From Phoronis australis (lineage: Eukaryota > Animalia > Phoronida), in the NCBI GenBank assembly GCA_002633005.1, contig NMRA01000047.1, forward strand, positions 769,326 to 833,325: a stretch of 64,000 bases of DNA. Direction: 5' to 3'. Each line of letters opens with the position of its first letter. Position 1 is the stretch's first letter. Positions 41,717 through 54,000 of the stretch are shown piece by piece. Position numbers and translations under genes: made by a program. Below the pieces are notes generated by a model. It made no database searches and was not told where the DNA came from. It worked only from the letters and a program-made list of their open reading frames with translations.

Positions 41717-41949
41717 GTTAAACAATTTCTAACACCAATGTCCCAGACGCAGAGTAAAGTATTCTCTTTCATTCAATTTCACCCAACGTCGATGTCGACA
41801 GCCGAACTCGTACAGCGGGGATCAGACTTTCAATTTGAAATCTGGGGAGAAAAACCTGTCTTTGCTTAATTTAGACAATGGACAACATCTAAGAGAGTCA
41901 CTACATTATTACTGATTTCACCGACAGCCCACGCACAAGTTGGTAACCA

Positions 41950-42583
41950 TTCACCTCAGATGAGTAATCCTGCGATGAGATGTGCCGTAGGTATGTACCG
42001 TACTAATCCAACGTCCTCCGCCATGATTTCCAAGTTCTGAGTCAGCCGACGCACTTTACAGGTACTCTTTGATCATCCGCTTAACAAACGAGGGTCGTTT
42101 GTTTTGAAATTAAACAAGGAAATAGAAATGTCATTTAGAACAAACAGTAAAAAATAACAGAAGCTAATTTAGATTTTATTGCATCATTTCTGTGGCGGAA
42201 CACCCAAAATCTTAGAGAAACCGTTCAAAACAAAGCGCGCACAAACACAGGACTATGTCATTATAACCCTTCCTTGTGACCTGATGGCGTAGTCCGTACA
42301 CTAGTTCCAGCAATCAGCAATTGTAAAAGTACACAACAATTTTCCCATTAATGATTATCCAGGAAAATATTGAATCTATTTTATACGATTAAAAGTGCCA
42401 TCAAATGTGCTTAACCGTTTCAAATTCCTGCAAACATGTTTCAGAAAGTTTGCCTATGAGACTTGTTTGCTCACGTGACTAGTGCAAATGGCTTCCTGGG
42501 CAAGGTCCAACAGGGACATTCATATCGGATTTTGACCTAATTCAAGTGCTATTTTATCATTGATAATGGGATCATGAACAAGG
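41950..42583. promoter_or_regulatory. Putative bidirectional promoter region and FHIP1 non-coding first exon
   Basis: Lies between two divergent genes; YY1-like ccgccatg near 42018; E-box ctcacgtgac at 42470-42479; strong donor AGG|gtaagt at 42583/42584 that could splice to the acceptor at 44284. Confidence 0.5.
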
Positions 42584-44338
42584 GTAAGTTACTGTACGAT
42601 GGGTTAGTTATTATATTTACTTATTAGTGCAACAATCAATTAACTACAATATCAAATCTGCGTTGTTGTAAGCCGGGGCCGTCAAAAATTATTGAGGTCA
42701 GCTGTAAACCACCAGGCGAGTGTTGACGTGTGGTTAGATTTTAGGATCTGTTAGATGAATTGTTATTGTCAAGAATCGATCTTGTTTCCGATCATGTTCA
42801 CATAGCACCATGACTGAACCTTGAAAAACGAGTCCACCATATGTGAAACTACAGATTATGTTCATCCTCTGGTTGTCATTTTCAATGAAAATTCACACTT
42901 GATCAAAAAATGTTTCAACTCTACTTGGCAGTCTTTACCTTTGGCTGTTTAGTGTTTGCGCAGGGAATAGCCTACTTAGCAAGGGAAATCATAGTACAGT
43001 CCACAGTGTAATGCAAAGGCGATGACGGGTCACGGAAAGTCCTTCTTTGATTTATCACTTCCTGGCAATCAATGTTTTCATAGTAATTCATTTCAATTAT
43101 TAAAAACAATCCACAATCATAGACCACTTCTTATTCATAGGCCTACAGTGCTGCTAAATACAATTCACAAGAAACACGGCCCGTTTCAGAGTACTTTATA
43201 TTACATCAATACATAAATAGAACCCATCACAAACGGAAATCTCAAGTTCTTTTCATGTGGAGCTGAACAACTGCTATTACATGAACAATGACTTGAAAGC
43301 AAATGCTTTGAAAGGTAAAAGATAATTAGATATATGTATCAGTTGTGAATTAACATTTGTGTGTTATGTAAGATTTTTAACCAAACAAGTGTATCAGCGT
43401 GTGTAGCTAGAAAAACTTAACATAGCTGAGATTGGTAACTGCAGTTGAAAACTGCTCTCGACACTCACTGCATGGTAAATGTTTAGATACCCCGATTTTC
43501 CAGGATAACGGGATGGTACGAAATCTGCATATTCGGACTTCTTTCACAGAATTAGGAGTTGCAAACTGAATTCACCTATTTTGATATCAGAAAGAAAACA
43601 ATTCTAATATTCTTTCATCTTAATTACCAAAAAAATTAAATTAATCTCTCAAGTTTGATACCCGAGATGGATTGACGATCATTTTGTGACGATCATTTTG
43701 TGATGACATGTTTCCTTCTATATTCTTTCTGAAGGTGGCGTTGTTGTCTTTGGTTTTGAGAAACAGTAAACATGACGTGCAGCGAATTACCAATAACATG
43801 GAGCTATGGCAAGTCCATTCCGAGAAGTTTTTATGCTGTATATTACTTTGAAATTTATAATAAACTGCAATTTGGTAATTTATGAAACAAAAAAATGTTT
43901 TTTTGAAACGGTTTTCTAAATTTTGAAAACGCAGGACCTCTGGATGTTTACATTGTCAAATGTGTGACAAACCTGTTTGTCTTGCCAACAATCAAACTTA
44001 AGACTTCAAAGTCCTATGAGACAAGTTTCTTAAAAAGTTAAGTGACTGCTCGTTTGCATACCCTGTTAAGTGTCAGAGGCAGTCAAATACCAAATAAGTG
44101 CAAACACATCCATGCCATTGGAGCTAATCATTAGCCACTAATAAAGTTATGTTTGCATAATAAAGGCTAATAAACACTTTCCCTGAGCAAGTAAGGTTTA
44201 ACATCTCCCCAATTAGTCATTGTCAAGGTATAGAATCTCTGAATATCACATGTATTTTGATCAGATTACATTTTGCTTTTGCAGGATTAATTTTTGAGAC
44301 CATGTAGCACGGAACCTATTACGAATGTCTACAAAAGA

Positions 44339-45082
44339 ATGAGCTGGTTTAAGCGGAGTGGGAGTCGACCGACCAGTCCACAGGCGGCCAAGGTCAACAT
44401 GTGTGACCCTGAGGCGTGCTTGGAGGTGTTTGTCAGCCACTGGCAGCAGGCTTATGAGATTATGCGGAAGGTGTTGCCAAGTAACAGCATCCAGAGTCAA
44501 GTCTCTGTCACCAACGAAGATATCGAGGCAGTGCTGCATTATTTTACCCAAATGGTGGCGCTGCTCATCGAGGAACCTGATGACAATGGTTCTCAAGGTC
44601 CAATCCTTCGTAGTCTTTTGACTGAGAATATGATGGAATTGTTATTTCAGTGGTGTAGTCTTGCTAACGACCATGTGAACATGTTAAAAGTGGAACAGTT
44701 GAAGATATACGACATGATCGCCAGTCCTTCTCAAGTCAGGCAACAGCTGCTGGTTCACAAGCCTATCATTCGACCCATGTTGAAAGTGTTGAACTCGTGT
44801 GATTGCACGGAGGATGCTGTGATCGAGAAAAACCTTGTCCTTGTTTTACACCACCTATGTGTCTCACTGAGTAGGAATACGCAACTGTTAGAACTATTTT
44901 TTAACGCCAGCGCTGATCATGGTAGTGCCAGATTTTTGATCTTTTCGCTGTTGATACCATATGTGCATCGAGAAGAGAACATTGGACAGCAAGCTCGCGA
45001 TGCACTATTGCTCATTATGGCACTGTCAGCACGCAATGAAGCCATCGGGAAATATGTAGCAGAAAACTCAGACTTTTGTCCA
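44339..45082 (+). CDS. FHIP1: FHIP1 coding exon 1 (MSWFKRSG...ENSDFCP); exon begins at acceptor 44285
   Basis: ttttgcag|44285; ATG 44339; CCA|gtaagt; 744 nt. Confidence 0.93.
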
Positions 45083-48000
45083 GTAAGTGAAAGTATTTGA
45101 AGGTGGATTATCAGCTTAAATTTTCTGCCTTAATTTAGAACGTTCATTTTAATGGGGTCTTTACTTTCTGGATAAGCCCACAGGCAGATTTGGGGAGAAG
45201 CGACAGCTTGGGCTTCCTCATCCATGCATCGCCAAAAAAGCGGTGCCAGCATTCTTGTTCGACTATCATAAGGGCATGTCCTGTGGAAATTATATTCTGC
45301 ACTTTTAGTGGTTATAAGATCACCGAGTGAATGGAACTTAGAATATTTTTCTCTTAAAAGCGTCATCTTGATTATAAACTTCTGATTGACCAGTCGGTGT
45401 GTACTGCCTTGTCTTGATTTCGTTCCAGTTTTGAATTACCAGTCTTCAACAAAATACAAGACAAATTGGCTATGACAATTTTTGCTTTTGAAAGTGATCT
45501 AGATCTAAAACTTTGTGTTTCTAATGTTATTTGAAATTCATCTATGCGTATGTTAATCATTTCTTAGTGATCTATTTGCTCATTTGCAGGTGCTAGCTAC
45601 TGGCCTGAGTGGTCGCTATTCAACCCTCCCAGCTAAGCTGAAGATACCCTCGGATGATTGGTACCGGTTAGAGAAAGAGGATTGGACTGCCATCCCTGAG
45701 CTCAGCATGTTTCTTAACGCCCTTGAGTTCTGTAATGCAGTAATACAGGTAGGTTCTAAGAGCTGAAGTTTGGGTTTTGTAGCCAAAATAGAACAGCAAT
45801 AATTAATGTAGTTGTCATTGAAGTGTCTGCGTAATGGGCCATTGATTGTAAAAATTCGATATCCAGTATCTCGCGTTAAAGGTATTAAAACTCGTAAGTA
45901 TTTAAAACTGATCTGTAGTGCAAAGGTTGTCTAAATAGTATTGCTTACCACTCGTTATGGTTGTGATCTCAAACATCACCTGTGGATGTGGAGAAGGGCA
46001 GGTTGTATTTTTTGTTCAAAAATTAGGCAGCGATATCATAGCCTAATGCCTAGAAGTTGTTTTGCTTTTATCTTGACAAAGTAAATCCAACAAACCGTTT
46101 CCTGGCTTATAAGTAGTGTACATCTTGTTTCCTGTCATGTCGATGTGAAATTGATGTGCATGGAAGTTCAAAGGGATGTTTCTGTGTTCCATAATGGGAT
46201 GTTTATGTGTTCCATGCAGTAGAACCATAATGGCAAACTTAGCTTCATTTATGTTGCTTAGAAACATCAAAGAAGGGGTTTGAAAAAGTAACACAAAGTT
46301 GTGGCATTATATTCAGCAAAATTTGAGAAGTATTTAAACGGGGAGTGTCTTTTCACGAGCTTAGGAATATCGAATGCAAATCTCTAGAAATGATTTCTGC
46401 TTTGACCTTGTTATTTTTTGTTTGAAGCGGTAATTTATAAAGAAAGTGTGCTCCATTTGGGTTGTGCTACTGAGGTTTTTTGTTTTTTTGGTGAAAAGGT
46501 GCTTACTTCTTCTGTCTGTTTTATCATATGGACTGTGGACAAGTTCTAAAAACTGTTTCTATTTGATTGCCCCAGTTTGATGTTTCTTAATGGAATTGTT
46601 ATCGTGGTGCAAACTTAATTTATCATTACGTATTTTATTTTTTCAATTAACATTTTCTTAAAGGGACATTTTTGTTTTTTTAGACCGAAAAATATATTTT
46701 TGGTTATTGTTAGATGGCATGAGATTCGTTCTTGAAGTAATTAACTTTGACTATGATAGAACAACAAAATTTGTCGTGTTTTTGGGGTTTTATCACAAAT
46801 CGTCAATTCTCACTGTTGTATGACACACACTTGCTGTAATTATAGCTGGTGGCTTTACCATTTAAATACACTTAAAGTGCTTTGTTATTTTATGCAAGGG
46901 ATTTGGCTCAGGGGCAAAGCATTCACCTGCTAATTGCAGGGCTTGGAATTTTCCGCGGAAACGCGGATTTCCGCTTTTTTCAAATGTTCTGTCCGCGTAT
47001 TTTATAATATTTCCGCGTAAAAAAATCGGATTTGATATAAAATTTCCGAGGCAAATTCCTTTCTTACTGCGGCGTTATAGACGACGTTCACCTCGAAAAC
47101 CAAAAGTTGCTCTTTATGTTTCGGAGGAACGTAAATTGTCAACATTGCCGGGGCATCTGGGATAGCGTGGTGGGATTTTCAATGGCGTCTTGTGTTATTG
47201 TAAACCGCGGCGACAAATACTACGGCTCGGCAGCCAAAAATGTGTGGGTTGGGAGTGGACGGACGAGCTAGAAGGATGCAGACGCAAGCTACTGATGGTG
47301 GTAACGTTTTTTTTATATTTTTTTATTTAGTCCTCCCGATTTTTGTCGGGGAAAGGTTCACATCGACCATTTCAAGGCTGGGTAGCGCACATGATTTGGG
47401 CCGTAGAAGTTTCAAAGTTTCCGCGTTTTCTGTCATTGGTCATTCCAAGCCCTGTAATTGTCAAACTTAAGTAGATTTGATTCCGCGCTACTGGTAATTT
47501 CCATAAAATTACTTTTCTCGCCGAGAATGTCCCTTTCATGGAACATTTGGTCAGATTACGGTGGGTACGATTTTCTGTTTCAAATGTAAGCTTTTGTTTC
47601 AGGGCTTTGCTGACGTCTTGTTGGGTTTTCTTGTGCTTTGAATTTGAGAACTTATTTGTTTTCATCTTTCCAGATAGCGGATCCAGTGGTCAGTGGTCAG
47701 TTAATTAAATACATCTACACGGGATTCCTCATTCCTGTCATGGGTCCTGCCCTCCACCAGGTAGGAAGTACACTTTGAACAGGTGTGATAAAAACAGTTA
47801 TGGGCTTATGTTATCAGTGAATTGTGTTTTATAATCTGTTCAGTTGTTCCATAGTCTGGTTCACTTACATTGCACTGTTAGGGATGTACAGGTGGTTGTG
47901 ATAAAGTCTTGATTTAGTGTTTGTATAGCAGCATGACCGACTTTTCTATATCTCGGCTTTTTCTAGTTTTCTTTCAGTGGAGCAAACTTCAGTTCACGAC

Positions 48001-51000
48001 ATTTGATTTGTAAATTGCGAATTTGGTTAGTTGATAACCATGGCTTGTTGTTGCACTTTGCTGCAGAATATCAGGATTGGTCTATGCACCGTGTGTAGTT
48101 GCACTGTGAGTATTTGCACTATGGGTTGTTGCATTGTTCAGTATCTAGTCTATTCAAGTCACTGATTCTTTCATTTTGTTGCATTCAAATTTCATTTAAT
48201 TGACCCCAGAATTTACAAGGTCTTATTTCTTGAATCTCACATTTGCCACACATTTTGCAGAACTCTATGGAAGAAGTCATTGCTGCCACAGCTTACCTGA
48301 ACCTGTTTGTCCGACAGATTACCGAGCCCTCTCTACTGAGAGCATTTCTCAAATTCATCCTTACTGGGCAACATGATGAAATCAACATATTGGATTCGCT
48401 GATCACAAGAATTAATAGCAACTCGAGGGTACTGATCAGAATATTCTTTCTGTTTTTTTTTATTTGAAAAAAAGTAGTCTTACTAATTAACTAATTCAAG
48501 TCTTAGGTTTATGCAGATAAGAAAACTTTCCTGTTTTCTTTCATATTACTTTATCATGCCAATCTTACAAATTGACTTGTTCAAATGAACTCATATTACA
48601 AAGAGACTCCTTGTAGGTTTTAAAAACGATGTGTTCCACGCTTAATCACAGTGCAGAACGGGATTTTTTTGCATGCCTCGTTATATTTATGTCTCAAATG
48701 CATTGCTTTTAAACCTAAAAAGAAGCCATTTTTAAATGGTGACTACATCAGGGCTTGGAATTTTCCGCGGAAACGCGGATTTCCGCTTTTTTCAAATGTG
48801 CTTTCCGCTTTTTTTATAATATTTCCGCGTAAAAAAAATCGGATTTGATATAAAATTTCTGCGGCAAATTCCTTTCTTACCGCGGCGTTGCAGACGACGT
48901 TCACCTCGAAAAGCGGAAGTTGCTCTTTATGTTTCGGAGGAACATAAATTGTCAACATTGCCGGGGCATCTGGGACAGCGTGGTGGGATTTTCAATGGCG
49001 TCTCGTGTTATTGTTAAGCGNNNNNNNNNNNNNNNNNNNNNNNNNNNNNNNNNNNNNNNNNNNNNNNNNNNNNNNNNNNNNNNNNNNNNNNNNNNNNNNN
49101 NNNNNNNNNNNNNNNNNNNNNNNNNNNNNNNNNNNNNNNNNNNNNNNNNNNNNNNNNNNNNNNNNNNNNNNNNNNNNNNNNNNNNNNNNNNNNNNNNNNN
49201 NNNNNNNNNNNNNNNNNNNNNNNNNNNNNNNNNNNNNNNNNNTTTTTTTTTTTTTTTTTTAGTCCTCCCGATTTTTGTCGGGAAAGGTTCACATTGACCA
49301 TTTCAAGGCTGGTTATCGGGCATGATTTGGGCCGTAAAAGTTTCAAAAGTTTCCGCGTTTTTTGTCATTGGTCATTCCAAGCCCTGCTACATGAATAAGG
49401 TCCATGAAATTCACATTCTTTTGCACACTGCCCAAATACTTCCTTCTCTATGCTGTCAAAGTAATCTTGCTTTTGAACCTTGTAATAGCATTCCCAACTG
49501 AATGAAGGAAGTAGATAAATAGACATTCCTGTCAACAGGCAGTTGGGCAAGTGTTGCTTGGTCAGATAAAACTCACTGTGATTTTCTCACACTTTGTTCC
49601 TGTTTACGCTTATAGTGTTACCAGTGTGTTGACGACTCAATCACTTTTGCTTCTTAAAGGGATGTTTTCCTCAAGAAAAGTGATTTTTTGAGATCGGCCC
49701 TAGTGCGGAGTCGACCCTAGAACCTCCTGCAGTTCCACTTTAAAGCTGTGCTAGCAGACTTATAGCTCACTTGATAAGTGGCAGTGTATTTTAAGTGTAT
49801 TCATGTGGTAAAGTCACTGGCCTTGATTATTATCAAACGTCTGGGAGACAACATTGAGAATTGGGGATTTGGGATAAAATCACAAAAACAACAGTTCTGG
49901 CCAACATTAGTATGTTTAAGGCTTCTAAAAGTCTGTTCTAATTATTAGTATTCCCGTAAAACAGGTAATATCTTTTTAGCGTTTTGTTGCAGCTCTGCAT
50001 GGTGTCGCTGTCATTGTTTCACACACTCGTTGACATGAACTGTGAAGATGTGATGTACCAGATTGTGTTCAAGTAGGTGCACTCAGAGTGAGGTTGTTGA
50101 TTTTGCGCCATGTTGATAGAAATGTGCTTAGTAAGTTTATACACGGTATAAAAATGATGACTTTAGCAAAGCGACTAAAAACCTGTGTCCCGTTAAAGAA
50201 ACTAGCATTTTTTTAGCCCACTTATGGAGCTAAAATTGCTAGTTCTCTCAACTCAGAAGAGGTTTATGGGATTGGAGAGAACTGACCGTTTGTTATTGCT
50301 TGAAACCATTAAAGATCCACAACATGACACACTGTGACAAACCAACATGAAGGAGCCTGTTCTGGGTTGCATGACACAGTCCCAAATAGGTGCTCAACTA
50401 AGTTTCCTAAATCTACTGCGTGAAAACAATAATTGTTCTTTCCTTTGCTGTTTTAGTTTCATTACTAAGTCAATTTTTTGGGTTTGATACAAATTGATAG
50501 TGAATTCAACTTCAAATTCTCAATATTATCGAAAATGTATAGGGATCTTTTCATGCAACACTCCTAACTTAAGGACTAAGTCCCTATTTATTTTCATGGA
50601 ATTAAGGGCTCACTTTTTAGTTATATTATTAAAAAATGTCTTTAGTCAAAGAGGAGATCATAATAAGGATGAAATGATAGAAAAAGATTACATCTGAGAG
50701 TAAACAAAGACGTAAATAGGCAAAAGATTTAGGGAACTTAGTTGAGTCCCTAATTGGGACTGTTTCATGCAACCGGGCACACAGGTCTCAACCGGGCACA
50801 AGTCTCAACCGGGCACAGGTCTCAACCGGGCACGCAGGTCTCAACCGGGCACGCAGGTCTCAACCGGGCACGCAGGTCTCAACCGGGCACGCAGGTCTCA
50901 ACCGGACACACAGGTCTCAGCCGAGCACACAGGTCTCAACCAGGCACAGTTCTCAACCGGGCACAGGTCTCAACCAGCAACAGAGTGTCAGTTCCTTCCT

Positions 51001-54000
51001 AGCCCAGAAATCTAATTTGAGTGAGGAACAGCACCTGAAATACATGGTGGCCCAAGGCCAGTGGATTTACGACAAGGCCAGTAACTTCCAAAAGTTACTG
51101 GCCTTGCGGGCCAATGACTTTTAGATATAGGCTCATGTGAATGTGTCCTCATATTGTATTAATTCAAAAAAAGGTTTATTGACTAATAACTTGGTTTGTC
51201 TCTCACCTGTTGAACGCCAACGAGTTTGCTTTTGAACCGGTAATGGTCTGATGTGGCGAGCCCGAATTTAGAGAACCAGTTTTCTCCACTAAATAACGGG
51301 CATCAAACTGGTTCTCAAAATACGGGCATGTTATATCAGACTTTTGCCTTTGAACCTTGTGGGAAATAAATTCTCACCTAGAGATAATAGCAAAACAAAT
51401 CTCAAGCACAGTGCGCATCTAGTGTAAATTGAAAAGATTGAGAAAAACATAGCTAATTAGGATGGTAAATGCTGGGCCAGTAACTCTTCAAACTAGCTGG
51501 TCTGGCAGGCCAGCACATTTATTTATTGAAGTTAGAACACTGCTGAGGAACAGTTGAAATCAGTTGCATTTAGCCAAGTACCTACAAAACTATAGAAACT
51601 AACTCTATGAAAGTACATATTTTCTGAAAGTACATATTTTCTGAAAAGTACATATTTTCTGAAAGTACATATTTTCTGAATGTACATATTTTCTGAAAGT
51701 AAATATTTTCTGAAAGTACGTATTTTCTGAAAGTATGTATTTTCTGAAAGTACATATTTTCTGAAGGTACATACTTTCTGAATGTACAAAACCCGTAGAA
51801 TTTAATTTTTGACTTTATATTAATTAATCTGCCAGTACTTTGGGTCACATAGCCATGTCTTTGTGGACAGAATTTGTAAAAAAAGGAACAATCATAGCTA
51901 AACAACGGTACCAATAAGACTAATTTTCATATTTCATGTAAGTGGTCGTGATAATATTCCAAAAACGTTGTTACAGTCTATTATTTTTGTTTTTGTTGTA
52001 ATGCAACTTTGGATTTTTTCCATGAAGACCATAAAAATTAGTCCCTCGCACAAAAATGGAGCATTTTAAAAGCAACTCCAACAGAATTTTGGAGAACAGT
52101 ACATAAATCCGGGTACCAGGCCTTTATCCAGGATTTCGAAAATAGGGTGTCCAAAATGGGATTCCCAATATTCCAGGGCGTCCATGGTTCCAATGCGTAA
52201 CCCCCACCCCCAGCAATCCCCCCAAACACACAGATTTTTTACCAAGGTATTTACAATGCTATCAACCAAGTGTGAGCATAGCAACATTGTATATACTTTG
52301 TATATACATTGTATATTTCTTCCTGCTTTGAAAAAAGAGCCACCACTGTGAGTCTCTATAGGCTTCCTAGTAATCATTACAATGTGTGTGTGTCCAAACT
52401 TGAAAGGTTCCTATTGATAGTGGGCCTCCAAATGATACATTGGGCGTCCTTGCCAGGGCATCCATATTAGTGCTAGGGCGTCCATTTGGACATACACTGC
52501 ATAAAGGCCTGCTGGGTACGTGAACGTCTTACATGAATCCGATCATCCATTTCTCATATACAACATTCCGAAATTACCGTTACTTTGAACATAGGGTCCT
52601 ACATAACCTTAAAGCAACGTATTTCATTCTGTAGGTACCTAATTCCTTGTACTCATGTAATGGTAAGCCAGAGGCGGTCCGTGAAGGACATTGACCTCTA
52701 TGGTAAAACGGCCGAAAAGTTTCTCTCGCTGTGCCCTGCTTGCTGTTACACGGAGGGAGTGGAACCCCCTCATCATGAGACGGGCAGTGTCCAAGATGTC
52801 AATAAATTACGACCGAGGTGAGTGTCATGCGCAATGGTTGGCCTACTGTTGGCGTGCTTTGCTTCGCATTGTCCACTGCTGTCATTGCTCACAGACATAA
52901 AACTTCTAGGATTAGACAGCACAAAATGTTTGAACTGGATAATGTGGTAGACAGTTTTCCTGCCCCAGGAACCATGTGGCTTGTGTCGGAGGGAGAAAGA
53001 CTGTCTACCCTGGATAATGTTGTCTTGTTGATGGAATTTGATTAAGCCACAGGTTTGATCAATCCAGTTAGGATTCTATTCGTCTGCATGTTTTTCCTGT
53101 CGCATGACATCAGCAAAGTTTCAAAGTTTCCATCCCACATTCTTAAACTTTCTGATGTTGAGAGATTGGTTATTGGTGATAAATAGAGTAAGACGTTAAT
53201 TACTGCTTCATTTTAACAAACAGGTTCAGGGTATTGTTAACATTCGATGGAAACCTATATGGATATAATTATAAAAGTAATTCCCATCTTTTCAATACGG
53301 CACCAAGTATTTGGGCAGCAACTTTTCTTTAATTAAACTGTGCTCTGTTGATCACGACATACCATTCAAATTAAACACCATCAGTAGTCTCTTCAATTGC
53401 ATAGTCAGCATCTGGTGTCGAGATCTGGCTGCGGCCAATTGGACAGACCATCAATAGCTGACTTTCAAAGTGGCCGCGCCTAATTGAAATTCACAAACCT
53501 GCCAGACAGCAATCACATGTTTGGTTTACAGGTGTTCAGCGCCACCTACAGATCCCATGTAATAAAGATAGAAGGTTTCAACCTCCTGGTATAAACATCG
53601 TTTTTCACCTTTCCTGCTATCATAATGCGGGCAAATTTTCACTGATTTACATTGGGATATACTAATCGCTTATGGGAAAAGGCAAACCTCTTGAAATATC
53701 TATAGATGAAGGACATCATGTCCCATACATTTCCCAATGGGATCGAGAATCCGCAGCTGCATGATCTGTAGCTGCGACCGATAGAGCAATTGAATTTCGA
53801 TCCCTGCCAATGTCAAAAAGCTAAAATAAGTTAGTGAACTTAATCTAATCAAACAATGGGAGGAGTTGACAATGGAATTTATTCATCTGTTTTTAAATTA
53901 ATCAACCAGACTATACATAACTGTGAATTTCTGTTTACCAAAGCTGAGTTGGGATCAAGCATTAGTTGCTTTCTCTCTCTCATTATTCTAGACAGCGCCA

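Noticed and set aside
41717-41725. ORF-track starts at TTG 41725 (SH3RF) and 44294 (FHIP1)
   Set aside because: Non-ATG starts; ATG 41716 (MDE...) and ATG 44339 (MSW...) fit the family N-termini
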